IMG/VR virus record: IMGVR_UViG_3300025030_000050
Span: 49,350 to 113,349 of that record
From: a virus
Strand: one strand, 5' to 3'
DNA length: 64,000 bases
Shown one piece after another: positions 54,592-64,000 of this stretch (its first letter is position 1; every line of letters begins with the position of its first letter). The notes below the pieces were generated by a model. The model saw nothing but the letters and a program-made list of their open reading frames with translations. It was not told where the DNA came from and searched no databases. A program made the translations under genes and the position numbers.

Positions 54592-56202
54592 ATGAGCATT
54601 AACGGCCTTATCAAAGAAATAAAAGCAAGCAATCAAGACTTTGAATTCTATCCCACGACCAATGAGATTATTGATTTGATCAGAACAGATTTAAAAGAAC
54701 CTTATAAGGAAGGAATTTTTAAATCTGTTCTAGATTGTGGAGCAGGAAACGGGCAGACTTTAGATAAATTGACAGATGGCGACAAATACGCCATTGAAAA
54801 ATCAGAAATACTTATTAGCGCAATGCCTGCTAATATTTTCATAGTAGGTACTGAATTTTTTGAAAACTCGCTAATTGATAAAAAAGTCGATGTAGTTTTC
54901 TGCAATCCGCCATACAGTCAGTACCGGGAATGGGCGGTAAAGATTATTAATGAAGCAAATTGCAATTGTATTTACTTGGTATTGCCTGAAAGATGGAAAA
55001 ACCAACCAGAAATAAAAACATGCATTGAAGACAGAAAAGCAAGTTTTAAAGTATTAGGTAATTTTGATTTTCTTGAAGCTGATAGAAAAGCAAGAGCAAA
55101 AGCAGATGTTATTAAAATTAGTTTAAATACGATTTCAAGGTATAGTAATTCTGCTAGCCCGGACATAGATCCTTTCAGTTTATGGGTAGAAAAAACGTTT
55201 CCTATTAACAGTCAAAAAACAAATTTAAAAGAACAAGAACAGAAATTTAGAGAAAAAATAAATGAATTAGTACCAGGCCGTGGACTTGCAAACACTTTAG
55301 TCAGTTTGTATCAAAATGAACTCAATGTTTTGCAGACTAATTTTGCTAACATATCGGGCCTTGATTTTACAATTTTTTCTGAGTTGAAAATTGATTTTGC
55401 CTCAATTGTTCATTTGCTAAAATCAAGGATTGTAAATTTGAAAACTAAATACTGGCGTGAACTTTTTGACCATTTTGAGCCAGTAACAAATAGGCTTACA
55501 TCTGCAAGCAGAAAAGCTTTACTTGACACATTGACTAAAAATATCGGCGTTGATTTTAATGAAAACAATATTTATGCCGTAACTTTGTGGGCGATTAAAA
55601 ACGCTAATCATTATTTTGATCAGCAATTAATTGACGTTTATGTAGGCTTGTCTAAAAAAGCGAATTGCATTAAATACAAGTCAAATCTGAATACGTGGGA
55701 AAATGATCATTGGCGATTTAACGAAATATATAGAGACGGCAAAGCAGGCTCTTATTGCCTTGATTATCGTTGTGTGCTTGAGTTCTACAACACATTTGAT
55801 ACTAGCAGCTATGGGCAATATGATTACCCCAAAGGGCTTAAAAACAGTGTTCACGACGCTATTAATGATATTATCGCCATAGCTAAAAATTTAGGCTTTG
55901 CTTGTAATAGTTCTGAAAATAGTTTAAACAAAGACTGGAAACCAGGGCAAAGCAATGATTTTTATATGAATGATGGCAAGATCTTGATGAATGTCAGGGC
56001 ATATAAAAACGGAAACATTCATTTTAAATTTGATCAAAAGTTTTTGAAAAGCTTGAATATAGAATTCGGTAGACTAAAGGGATGGCTTAGGAATGCGAAA
56101 CAAGCCAGTCAAGAAATGGATATAACAGAGACAGAGGCTAAAAAATATTTCAAAACCAATTTTAGCCTTGAATATTCAGCGGTTAAAAGTATTACTAATT
56201 AA
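54592..56202 (+). CDS. Amino-methyltransferase with DUF4942-like C-terminal domain
   Basis: DFEFYPTT, VLDCGAG.G, FCNPPYS, YKNGNIHFKF...LN.E.GRLKGWL. Confidence 0.85.
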   Translation: MSINGLIKEIKASNQDFEFYPTTNEIIDLIRTDLKEPYKEGIFKSVLDCGAGNGQTLDKLTDGDKYAIEKSEILISAMPANIFIVGTEFFENSLIDKKVDVVFCNPPYSQYREWAVKIINEANCNCIYLVLPERWKNQPEIKTCIEDRKASFKVLGNFDFLEADRKARAKADVIKISLNTISRYSNSASPDIDPFSLWVEKTFPINSQKTNLKEQEQKFREKINELVPGRGLANTLVSLYQNELNVLQTNFANISGLDFTIFSELKIDFASIVHLLKSRIVNLKTKYWRELFDHFEPVTNRLTSASRKALLDTLTKNIGVDFNENNIYAVTLWAIKNANHYFDQQLIDVYVGLSKKANCIKYKSNLNTWENDHWRFNEIYRDGKAGSYCLDYRCVLEFYNTFDTSSYGQYDYPKGLKNSVHDAINDIIAIAKNLGFACNSSENSLNKDWKPGQSNDFYMNDGKILMNVRAYKNGNIHFKFDQKFLKSLNIEFGRLKGWLRNAKQASQEMDITETEAKKYFKTNFSLEYSAVKSITN

Positions 56203-56211
56203 GGAGAGATT

Positions 56212-56553
56212 ATGAAAGTTAAATGCATTAATAACATTGATATGAAAGGTATTTTAGAAATTGGCAAAATATATACAGTCGAGAAGGAAGAAGGTAGATA
56301 TTATCATCTTAAAGAAACGTTAAACATAGGCGGCTGTTATTGGAAAACTAGATTTGAAAAGGTAAGGGATGATAAAACAAACAGCAATTCAATTACCAAG
56401 AAAGATATTCGATACCTGAATTTATTCACCAGACAAGAACTACGTAATTATGCTAAAAAACTAGGGGTTAGAATAGGAAGAGACAAAAGAGATACAATTA
56501 GGAACCTAATTTCTTCCGGTCTTGCCTATGTCACAATCAAACTAGGTGATTAA
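56212..56553 (+). CDS. DUF6501-like SH3-type domain protein
   Basis: MKVKCINN...L..GKIY.V...Y...RFE. Confidence 0.72.
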   Translation: MKVKCINNIDMKGILEIGKIYTVEKEEGRYYHLKETLNIGGCYWKTRFEKVRDDKTNSNSITKKDIRYLNLFTRQELRNYAKKLGVRIGRDKRDTIRNLISSGLAYVTIKLGD

Positions 56554-56688
56554 AGTGAATGCACTGATATTGCTTATATCTCTTATTTGTTTAATTAATT
56601 CTGTTTTTGCCAATAATATCAATTGTTGTCTTAGTTATGGCATAGCTTTTATATTCTCAATGCTTTATTTTATGGAAAGGGCGAAGAA

Positions 56689-57141
56689 ATGAAAACGATT
56701 ATTGTTATTACTATGTGTTTGTTATCCGGTTGTAGTGTTATAGATAAAAAATCTTTATTCACTGACTTGAATTCAGTACAAGATGAGAAAACAGCAAATG
56801 CTTTGATTTGTGAAGGGAATTTCTTTGAAGTTGGTTTTGATTGTGCTGAATTAACCGGACATTATAAATGGCTACACCCTATGATAGCTATATATTTAGG
56901 ATGCACTGTTAATTGGTATCAGCAAGATAAGATTACAAAATCAGTTGTTATTACTTCAAACGATTTAACCACTAATCATGAAATCGGACATATTAGAGGC
57001 AGAAAGGACAATTTTAAAACAGGAATCGAAAGTCAAGATCCTGAGGTTATTAAGAAATATACAGAACTGGCAAGAAATATAGAGGCTAAGTATATTAGTG
57101 AAGGTAAATGCATGGGAATAAATGAATATTTATTAAAATAA
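56689..57141 (+). CDS. Lipoprotein with HExxH motif
   Basis: Lipobox LSGC at Cys15; HEIGH. Confidence 0.72.
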   Translation: MKTIIVITMCLLSGCSVIDKKSLFTDLNSVQDEKTANALICEGNFFEVGFDCAELTGHYKWLHPMIAIYLGCTVNWYQQDKITKSVVITSNDLTTNHEIGHIRGRKDNFKTGIESQDPEVIKKYTELARNIEAKYISEGKCMGINEYLLK

Positions 57142-57144
57142 ATC

Positions 57145-57173
57145 TTGCAAAATAAGTTAAAATAGATTAAGAT
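57145..57173 (+). promoter_or_regulatory. sigma70-type promoter
   Basis: TTGCAA-17 bp-TAAGAT. Confidence 0.5.
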
Positions 57174-57217
57174 AAATCAACATTGAAACAAAATAAATTT
57201 TAACAAAGGAGAAAGCT

Positions 57218-57760
57218 ATGATATTTGAAATTAAACACAAATTTTCTTTTAAAATTTTATTTTCTGGTGAATTTAAATCAATTAAAGATTGTCTGGTTAC
57301 TGCAAACCTGCAAGGTGCAAACCTGCAATATGCAAACCTGCAAGGTGCAAACCTGCAATATGCAAACCTGCAAGATGCAGACCTGCAAGATGCAAACCTG
57401 CAAGGTGCAAACCTGCGATATGCAAACCTGCGATATGCAAACCTGCAATATGCAAACCTGCGATATGCAAACCTGCGATATGCAAACCTGCAAGATGCAG
57501 ACCTGCAATATGCAGACCTGCAATATGCAGACCTGCAATATGCAGACCTGCAATATGCAAACCTTGATTTTTCCTGTCTGCATCTTGCCTGCAAAACATT
57601 TAATGTAAAATGGAGTGATAAGCATATATTTCAATTTATCGCCCATATAACTAGGAGTAATGTTGAAAATTTATCTGATAATGCTAGGGAAGCAATTTTA
57701 GCATTAGACAAATGGAAAAATGATTTTTGCAATTATAGAACAGATATTAAAAAAATTTAA
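57218..57760 (+). CDS. Pentapeptide repeat protein
   Basis: 17 A(N/D)L(Q/R)x repeats; AAGGAG RBS. Confidence 0.95.
   Translation: MIFEIKHKFSFKILFSGEFKSIKDCLVTANLQGANLQYANLQGANLQYANLQDADLQDANLQGANLRYANLRYANLQYANLRYANLRYANLQDADLQYADLQYADLQYADLQYANLDFSCLHLACKTFNVKWSDKHIFQFIAHITRSNVENLSDNAREAILALDKWKNDFCNYRTDIKKI
57301..57564 (+). repeat. 15-bp coding tandem repeat
   Basis: TGCA(A/G)ACCTGC(A/G)Axx about 17.5 times. Confidence 0.95.
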
Positions 57761-57774
57761 TAAAGGAGAAAATT

Positions 57775-58743
57775 ATGTCTGCTAATATGAAAAGAAAAAT
57801 GTTTGCGTCTAAAACGAAAAATCCTTGGTGGTCTTTGGGGTCAGAATCTTTCGTTTTTGAAGATGTAAGTAATGAAGAGTTGTTTCATTTATCCAAGGCC
57901 GATTTTCCAGTTAAACTCGTTAACCTTGATCAGTATAATGAAAAGTTCAAGGATTATTATTTGCTGGTTAATGAAGTTACCGGAGATGTGCTTAGGCAAT
58001 GCAAGGGCAGACTCCAGCCCATGCAGGCGCTGACATTTTTCAATAAAATAACTCAGCTCGGGAATATAACTGATATTGGCGCAATCGGAAACGGGGAAAA
58101 AGTTTTCTTCAGCCTTGATGCAGGAGAGTTTAGCATAGGCGAGGGCAATACACATAAAACCTTCATTAATGCCGTCTTGCCGCATGACGGCACGATGAAA
58201 GTAACGCTTGGGACGGGTGATTTTAGAATTGAATGTCAAAACACCTTCAATGCCTGGAAGAAAAGTTTGAAAGAAGGTGAATTTTTAGCAGCAAAGCAAA
58301 CTGCTACGGCAGAGGGAAAGGTTGACAAATGGGTAAAAACTTTCCTTGAAATGCAGGAAGAAAGTAAAAATTTGCGCCTGAATTTTCTCAAGCTGGCAAA
58401 AATGAAATTTAGTCCCGATAGCCAGGCCCAGATCATTCAAAAGCTTTTTGACGAAAAAGATAACACCAGATCGTTGAATCAGCAAAAAATGCTTGCTCAA
58501 ATAATCGGAGATAATGCAAGTAAAATTCCCAGCTCTCAAAGAGGAACAGGTTATGACATTTTCAACGGCGTGACTTATCTCACAAGCCATGAAAGCGTGA
58601 TTAAGAAAAATACGGATAGACTTGAAGCTGTTTTGTTTGGTACAGCCCAAAAGTTTGCCGAAAAAGCTTTCAATATAATTCTTGGATCTGTTCCCGATGA
58701 AGTTATTGAAGAGCGTGAATTTGCAAGAACAATCACAGTTTAA
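57775..58743 (+). CDS. DUF932 (phage/plasmid TIGR03299-like) protein
   Basis: PWW.LG, G.I..GEKVF, HDG, RIECQNT, GT.Y..FN.VT...H, LFG. Confidence 0.85.
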   Translation: MSANMKRKMFASKTKNPWWSLGSESFVFEDVSNEELFHLSKADFPVKLVNLDQYNEKFKDYYLLVNEVTGDVLRQCKGRLQPMQALTFFNKITQLGNITDIGAIGNGEKVFFSLDAGEFSIGEGNTHKTFINAVLPHDGTMKVTLGTGDFRIECQNTFNAWKKSLKEGEFLAAKQTATAEGKVDKWVKTFLEMQEESKNLRLNFLKLAKMKFSPDSQAQIIQKLFDEKDNTRSLNQQKMLAQIIGDNASKIPSSQRGTGYDIFNGVTYLTSHESVIKKNTDRLEAVLFGTAQKFAEKAFNIILGSVPDEVIEEREFARTITV

Positions 58744-58754
58744 AGGAGAAAGCT

Positions 58755-58937
58755 ATGAAAGATTTTACGCCAGGGGTAAAGATTGAATATTGTCCAAATG
58801 AAAATTATATTAGCTTGCATTTAAGATATAAGATGGTAGATAACAAAGTTTTTGTTAGTTCTGATTTGTCAGATAGTATTAAAATAGAAACTCTTCCTAA
58901 TTTGCCTAAAGCTATTTTATCTCAATTCTTGATATAA
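58755..58937 (+). CDS. Hypothetical protein
   Basis: AAGGAG RBS. Confidence 0.65.
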   Translation: MKDFTPGVKIEYCPNENYISLHLRYKMVDNKVFVSSDLSDSIKIETLPNLPKAILSQFLI

Positions 58938-59071
58938 ATGGAGTTAAAAGTATATCAATTCAGTCTTATGAGATAACAATTGTAAAAGCTCAGGCTTACA
59001 GTTGGGAAGAATTGTCATCTAAAATTAAACTTATTCTTTCAACCTATTTACCGGTCGAAAAGTGAGGCATT

Positions 59072-59845
59072 ATGAAAGTAAAATGTATTGATAACCAATG
59101 TTATCAGCATCAATTAACAAGTGGTAAAGTTTACGATGTTGAGCCATATAATGAAGATGGAGTTAACTACTTCAAATTTACTGGAGATAATGGTAGAGAA
59201 AATTTACTCGCTTATCAAACCAGATTTGAAGTAGTTGAAAATGAAACTAAAATTAAGAAGGTTAAAACTATGAAAGTAAAATGTGTCGATAATAACGGCT
59301 GTAGTTTGTTGACAATAGGTAAAATTTATGAAGCATATCGATATGGAGATTTTTATCGTATAACTGATGATGAAGGTAAAGAAAATATGGGATATAATAT
59401 AAGCAGATTTGAAGTCGTTAAAGAAAAGGAGAAAGCCGTGAAAAAAGACAGAATTTATTTTAGAGACAATAAAGGCAATTTCTGTACTGCAAGGCAATTC
59501 TTTGCCGAAAGCAAGCAAATCAGCTCATTCATTACAACAAACGATTTCATCATTGCTGAAAGAACCTATAAAGAACTGTCAAAGAAATATGAAGACAATA
59601 AAGATAAGATCGCATTGCTTGTTATTGGGGCCAGCAGTATTAGAGAAATTAGTTGCAGTGACAACAATTATCTTAATATTAGTTTCTATAAAAACGGTGA
59701 AGTTACCATACAGTACAATGTAGATGCTAGTGGCGGATCAAGACTGGATATTCTTAATAGGGTGTATCAAAAGATAGAGTCTATTCTAAGCATTCAAAAA
59801 AGTTATATGACACAATCAATTCAGACTTTTGTTTGCCTTGATTGA
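59072..59845 (+). CDS. Tandem DUF6501-like domain protein
   Basis: Two MKVKC.DN...LT.GK.Y...RFEVV units plus a unique C-terminus. Confidence 0.75.
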   Translation: MKVKCIDNQCYQHQLTSGKVYDVEPYNEDGVNYFKFTGDNGRENLLAYQTRFEVVENETKIKKVKTMKVKCVDNNGCSLLTIGKIYEAYRYGDFYRITDDEGKENMGYNISRFEVVKEKEKAVKKDRIYFRDNKGNFCTARQFFAESKQISSFITTNDFIIAERTYKELSKKYEDNKDKIALLVIGASSIREISCSDNNYLNISFYKNGEVTIQYNVDASGGSRLDILNRVYQKIESILSIQKSYMTQSIQTFVCLD

Positions 59846-59890
59846 TTATTGTTAGGGCATGTTATTAGCAGCATGCCCGATAGAGTAATC
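59843..59890 (+). other. Imperfect intergenic hairpin upstream of the AAA gene
   Basis: GGGCATG/CATGCCC core with GATTA/TAATC outer arms. Confidence 0.45.
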
Positions 59891-59915
59891 AAAAACCTAA
59901 ACAAAGGATATTGCC

Positions 59916-61304
59916 ATGGATTTAACTAATTATGTAAAAGCCGGATTCCCTTTAATTTCTATTCAGACCGAAGAAATTAAAAGATGTATTAAATCTGTTT
60001 TTGTTAGCGAGCCTTTTAAAAAATATGCCTGGAATGCTTTGGAAGGGATAAAAGGGGAATATACAGGTGTTGAAGATGTTTTGAATTTTACAAAAAAGCT
60101 GAATAAATCAATTATTTGCCTTGAAAATTTTAATTGGTTTTTAGGTAAAGAAGGAATTCAGCAAGCTATTTTAAACAATCTGGAAATGTATAAAAATAAT
60201 CAAGTTTGTTTGATTATTATCGATAAGAACAAAATCAATCCGTTTTTTGATAAAATTAGCCACAAGCTTGATTTTGCCTTGCCTAAAGCCGATGAATTCA
60301 AACCTATTATTGAAAACTTTGCCAAGCAAATCAATCAGATTCTTAGTAATAATGAAATAGATGTGATTGCCAAAAATCTTCTGGGCTTGAGCTTTGAAGA
60401 GGCCGAAAATGCCATTGCTTTTGATACGGTTAGCAATGGCAGGATTGATGTTAAATCAGTTGGAAAAGCAAAGCAACAAATTATAAATAGTTCTGGTTTT
60501 ATGACGATTCAAGAACCTGAAAAAATAGAAAACATAGGCGGATTAGTGCCTTTAAAGCGTTATATAAAGGCAAGACTTAAAGCCTATGAACAAGGTAACA
60601 AACACATGCCTAAGCTTAAAGAACTGCTATTGGTAGGCATTCCAGGTGCGGGCAAAAGTTTGGTTGCTAAAGCACTTGCCAATATTTTTCAATTTCCTTT
60701 GATTTCTGCAAATATAGGGCAACTGAAAAATAGTCTTGTGGGTGAAACTGAAAAGAATACAAAAAGGTTCACAGATACGGTTGACAGTATAGGCAATGCC
60801 GTTATTTTACTTGATGAAGTTGAAAAAATGTTTGGCAATGCCAATGATTCAGGAGTTAGTCAGGGACAAATGGGCCACTTCTTGACGTGGTTAAACGATA
60901 GGCAAAGTGAAGCTATTATTGTAGCTACAGCTAATAATCTGTCATCTTTGCCGCCCGAATTTTTAAGGGCTGGTAGGTGGGATTGTATCTTTTTTGTTGA
61001 CTATCCTAATCTTGAAGAAAGAAAGGAAATAATCAAGATTATGAACAAGAAACACAAAACTGGTTTAGATGAAAGTCTTGCCGAAAGACTTGAATTCTTT
61101 TCCGGAGCTGAGATTGAACAGCTCGCTAAAGACAGTCACTTTGATGATGTGGCCGAACTTATTAACAACATGCCAACACTATACAGAACACAAAAGGATA
61201 AAATAGACGACATTAAAGCCAAGGGGAAAAACTATCGGAAAGCAAACAGCAATGTTATTTTTTGTAGTAGTGAAAATCAAAATTTTTCAAGAGTAATTAA
61301 TTAA
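59916..61304 (+). CDS. Ycf46-like AAA+ ATPase
   Basis: AGFPLI.I.T.E, IGGL..LK, GIPGAGKS, LLDEVEK, ATANN...LPPEFLRAGRWD. Confidence 0.9.
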   Translation: MDLTNYVKAGFPLISIQTEEIKRCIKSVFVSEPFKKYAWNALEGIKGEYTGVEDVLNFTKKLNKSIICLENFNWFLGKEGIQQAILNNLEMYKNNQVCLIIIDKNKINPFFDKISHKLDFALPKADEFKPIIENFAKQINQILSNNEIDVIAKNLLGLSFEEAENAIAFDTVSNGRIDVKSVGKAKQQIINSSGFMTIQEPEKIENIGGLVPLKRYIKARLKAYEQGNKHMPKLKELLLVGIPGAGKSLVAKALANIFQFPLISANIGQLKNSLVGETEKNTKRFTDTVDSIGNAVILLDEVEKMFGNANDSGVSQGQMGHFLTWLNDRQSEAIIVATANNLSSLPPEFLRAGRWDCIFFVDYPNLEERKEIIKIMNKKHKTGLDESLAERLEFFSGAEIEQLAKDSHFDDVAELINNMPTLYRTQKDKIDDIKAKGKNYRKANSNVIFCSSENQNFSRVIN

Positions 61305-61315
61305 AAGGAGAAACT

Positions 61316-61612
61316 ATGACTGTAACGAAAGATCAGGTATTGAATAATTTAATTGATAATCAATTGCCAGGCGTTATCAAAATCATTGATAACGAATTGT
61401 CAAAGGTGCGAAGTAAAGTTTTCCCAGATAGAATTGTAGTAGGGTTGCAAGGAGAACTTGACATTGAGACAAGAAATAAAGTTGCTGATGAATACGTGAA
61501 TAATGGCGGTTGGTGTGCGGTCAAACACAAGACTTCTTCAGAGTTAAAGGAAAAAGGAAACCTAACCGTCTTTGAATTCTATCTTTGTGCACTAGAGGAG
61601 ATAAAGTTATGA
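61316..61612 (+). CDS. Hypothetical protein
   Basis: AAGGAG RBS. Confidence 0.7.
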   Translation: MTVTKDQVLNNLIDNQLPGVIKIIDNELSKVRSKVFPDRIVVGLQGELDIETRNKVADEYVNNGGWCAVKHKTSSELKEKGNLTVFEFYLCALEEIKL

Positions 61613-62268
61613 AAGTAAGATGTACTGACAATAGAAAATTTGAAATAGAGTTGACTGTAGGCAAAATTTATGAAGCGCGTGATGACGGAATGTATTATTC
61701 AATGGCTGATAATAACGGAAATAAAATTATTGTTAGTCAAGCAAGGTTTCAGGTCATTAAAAACAAAGAAAAAGAAGAGGAAAAGACTATAAAAGTAAGA
61801 TGTATTAATAACATAAACTTTCAATCAAGCCTTACTTTTGGCAAAATTTATAATGTATGGGAAAATCATAGCAATAGTTATCGTTTTATTAATGATAAAG
61901 GTGAAGAGGGAAGTTGTTATAAATCAAGATTTGAAGTCGTTGAAAACGAAAAACAAGAGGAGAACGCCATGGATAAGAAGAGAGAATTTAATTTTGTGCT
62001 GCCTAGCGTTTGCGCATTTTCAAGGCAAGAATGGACTAACGATTTAAGTAAAGAAAATCCGCTTATTGTCTTTAGAGTTAATGGCTATACTGATTTTATG
62101 ATCCATGAAAGTGTGGTTAAGAAAATCAATTATCTTAAACTCAGAATGCCCGAACTTACAAATACAGATCATGACATTTCGGTCCTAGCAGAATTTGTTA
62201 AGTCCGTTAAGGCTAAGAACTGGAATGATGAAAAAGCATGTGTCAAAATCGTTATTCCTAAAATCTGA
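61585..62268 (+). CDS. Tandem DUF6501-like domain protein (likely start 61609)
   Basis: Two KVRC..N...LT.GKIY...RF.V units. Confidence 0.75.
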   Translation: MCTRGDKVMKVRCTDNRKFEIELTVGKIYEARDDGMYYSMADNNGNKIIVSQARFQVIKNKEKEEEKTIKVRCINNINFQSSLTFGKIYNVWENHSNSYRFINDKGEEGSCYKSRFEVVENEKQEENAMDKKREFNFVLPSVCAFSRQEWTNDLSKENPLIVFRVNGYTDFMIHESVVKKINYLKLRMPELTNTDHDISVLAEFVKSVKAKNWNDEKACVKIVIPKI

Positions 62269-62307
62269 CAATAACTGTAATGGCGTGAATTTTTTGGAGG
62301 CTAGTTT

Positions 62308-62517
62308 ATGAGAATTACTGAAACAGATGTTAAACTGGGTGCGGTAAAATTCTACCGTTTTGAATGCTTTATGTGTAATGGCTATAATCATGAAGAGGCT
62401 GAAACAATTGAGGAACTCACCGCAAATCTGAATAGCAGCGGGTGGGAAGATACTCAAATAGGCGACAGTGTCGGCATATTTTGTCCAGAATGCATTGAGG
62501 ATAGTTATGGGTTATAA
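62308..62517 (+). CDS. Small Zn-finger protein
   Basis: CFMC...GW...CPEC; GGAGG RBS. Confidence 0.72.
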   Translation: MRITETDVKLGAVKFYRFECFMCNGYNHEEAETIEELTANLNSSGWEDTQIGDSVGIFCPECIEDSYGL

Positions 62518-62845
62518 TTCTACAGTTATCATTATGAATGATTGTTTAAGTGAAATCAGAAAAGATCAAAGGTTTGGTGAAAAAATTAGTGACGCTATTT
62601 TAGAATTAAATACATTTGACAAAGAGGTTGATATCAGTTCTGGTTGTTGCTGTAATGCCGCAACAGTGGTTGACTGTCATCATGCAGATAGTACGTCTTT
62701 GATCGCTGTGGGTGGAAATTGTGCAAGTGTTGTTCAATATGTTGGTGGATCTGCTCATCATACCATAGAATCGCAGGAAAGAATTTTACGAGAATGGGCG
62801 GATAGAATGGGGTTTAAACTAGTTAAGAAAACAATTAAAAGGTGA
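62468..62845 (+). CDS. Hypothetical phage protein (likely start 62507)
   Basis: MGYNSTV...D.L..I..D..FG, HHAD...VGGN. Confidence 0.75.
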   Translation: MSAYFVQNALRIVMGYNSTVIIMNDCLSEIRKDQRFGEKISDAILELNTFDKEVDISSGCCCNAATVVDCHHADSTSLIAVGGNCASVVQYVGGSAHHTIESQERILREWADRMGFKLVKKTIKR

Positions 62846-62849
62846 AGTT

Positions 62850-63263
62850 ATGAACACAAAAGAATTGTTTGTAGCCGTGAATAATGGATTTCGCCCAATT
62901 GTAGAATTTATAAATGATGAAATATCAGAATTTACTTTCCTAGATGTGGGAATGAGAGCAAGATTAGTTAAAATGAATGAAGAAGATAATTTTACTTGGC
63001 AATGTTATTTTGATCAGACAGAATTTGAAGAATATAACGAACCATTTATGCAAGCAAATTATTATGATAAAGGTGGTCAACCATTATTAAATGCAAAAGA
63101 AAAAGGCGTATGGGAAATGGAGGAAAACTTTTTCATTTCTGACTATAAAGAATTTTTCAAGATTATCGAAAATAATGAAATATTTAAAATGTTTATTGCA
63201 GATAATGGGTGTAATATGAATTATATTCAATGGCTTGAAGCGAAAGTCAAAAGTTGCATATAG
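62850..63263 (+). CDS. Hypothetical phage protein
   Basis: ORF with ANYYDK.G.P.L.A.E.G. Confidence 0.75.
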   Translation: MNTKELFVAVNNGFRPIVEFINDEISEFTFLDVGMRARLVKMNEEDNFTWQCYFDQTEFEEYNEPFMQANYYDKGGQPLLNAKEKGVWEMEENFFISDYKEFFKIIENNEIFKMFIADNGCNMNYIQWLEAKVKSCI

Positions 63264-63499
63264 GTAAAGTTATGTTAAGAGAGTGTTCGTTCTGCGGTTT
63301 TGCAAATAGTTGCAGCAAGGTTAAAAAGAATGGTTGTTGCCCCGGATTATTCTTTTTTAAAAATAAAATACAATATCCACCAAATATCTCAATAAAATTA
63401 GTAACTGATGATGGTATGGGAAGCCAATACATTTACCCAGAGAAAGTTGAAATTGAAGATAATGGAGATATAACTGTTGTGGTTAAAGCATGGCGTTAA
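63254..63499 (+). CDS. Hypothetical Cys-containing protein
   Basis: Coupled ORF. Confidence 0.55.
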   Translation: MHIGKVMLRECSFCGFANSCSKVKKNGCCPGLFFFKNKIQYPPNISIKLVTDDGMGSQYIYPEKVEIEDNGDITVVVKAWR

Positions 63500-64000
63500 A
63501 AGTCAATATTAAAATTTTAGACCCTACAACAATCCAGATCTTAGAAGGTCATGATATTGTCAAGAAATGCTTGTCATATCCTTCTGAGATCTGGATTCAA
63601 ACGCAGTTTAAGAAACAAAAAAAGGAGATAATTAAAGACTTTGTATGGGGGAGAAAAGAAAAATATACCTATGCCGGTTTTTTACCAAGAATTGAAAAAT
63701 ATTGCCAGAAAAGAGAAATCGAATACGTTGTTTCTGGTAATATCCAGCCCTTACCATATCATGAAGTAAATTTGCCTGATTTTGAAATAAGAGAAATTCA
63801 AAATCAGGCAATAACTAAAATTCATGAACGGCAACGAGGAGTTATTAATTTTGCAACAGGAATAGGCAAGACCAAAACAGTTGCGGCTTTAATTAGTACG
63901 TATAACGATCCTTATGTGCTTTTTTTATGTAGATCTAATGACTTAGTAAACCAAGCATATGATGTATTCACTGGTTTTGGATTCAGATGCTGCAAACTTG
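63490..64000 (+). CDS. SF2 (UvsW/ResIII-like) helicase, truncated by the window edge (not in ORF track)
   Basis: Open from ATG 63490 to the end; IREIQ Q-motif, RG.I..ATGIGKT, VLFL....L..Q. Confidence 0.9.
   Translation, partial: MALKVNIKILDPTTIQILEGHDIVKKCLSYPSEIWIQTQFKKQKKEIIKDFVWGRKEKYTYAGFLPRIEKYCQKREIEYVVSGNIQPLPYHEVNLPDFEIREIQNQAITKIHERQRGVINFATGIGKTKTVAALISTYNDPYVLFLCRSNDLVNQAYDVFTGFGFRCCKL

Larger units (their letters stand above)
52035..62292 (+). repeat. Dispersed 22-bp motif ATAACYGWA-N4-YRTGAATTY, five copies
   Basis: At 52035, 52925, 52987, 54556 and 62271; same strand and spacing; at gene boundaries. Confidence 0.8.

Noticed and set aside
57157-57646. CRISPR-like array and five alternative repeat ORFs
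   Set aside because: Contiguous 15-bp coding repeat with no spacers; only the 57218 frame has an RBS and a known pentapeptide pattern
52035-62292. Integron attC sites (TAAC after stop codons)
   Set aside because: No matching GTTRRRY inverse core or long palindrome, and no integrase
1-64000. Stop-codon reassignment
   Set aside because: Long core genes are intact in code 11 and all three stops are used; one in-frame TGA near 47716 lies in a degraded region

Overview
A 64-kb segment of an AT-rich tailed dsDNA phage: HK97-fold capsid, long non-contractile tail, standard genetic code, no integrase or repressor in the window. 1-4.6 kb (+) carries nucleotide-metabolism genes (SLOG protein, dUTPase, class II ribonucleotide reductase). 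4.6-45.2 kb (-) is one long late region running from tRNA-His, terminases and portal through protease, capsid, head-tail and tail genes to lysis. 45.3-48.3 kb holds a probable origin, an initiator-like gene and small genes. 48.3-49.1 kb is non-coding and may be the genome end. 49.1-64 kb (+) holds early and middle genes and ends in a partial SF2 helicase. Most notable: (1) five near-perfect sigma28/FliA-type promoters (RTTAAAGTYT-N11/12-KCCGATAAG), all pointing into the late genes, two of them inside coding sequence; (2) a glycosyltransferase/radical-SAM/methyltransferase cassette inside the head-tail module, with its own sigma28-type promoter and an RBS-occluding hairpin; (3) a three-way-junction RNA-like element in three copies after structural genes, two of them heading HNH endonucleases; (4) a prohead protease fused to an AAA+ ATPase; (5) a GC-rich block of signal-peptide-bearing fibre/adhesin-like genes between portal and protease. 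Several single-base homopolymer frameshifts suggest sequencing errors. All family assignments come from motif recognition by eye, not database searches.
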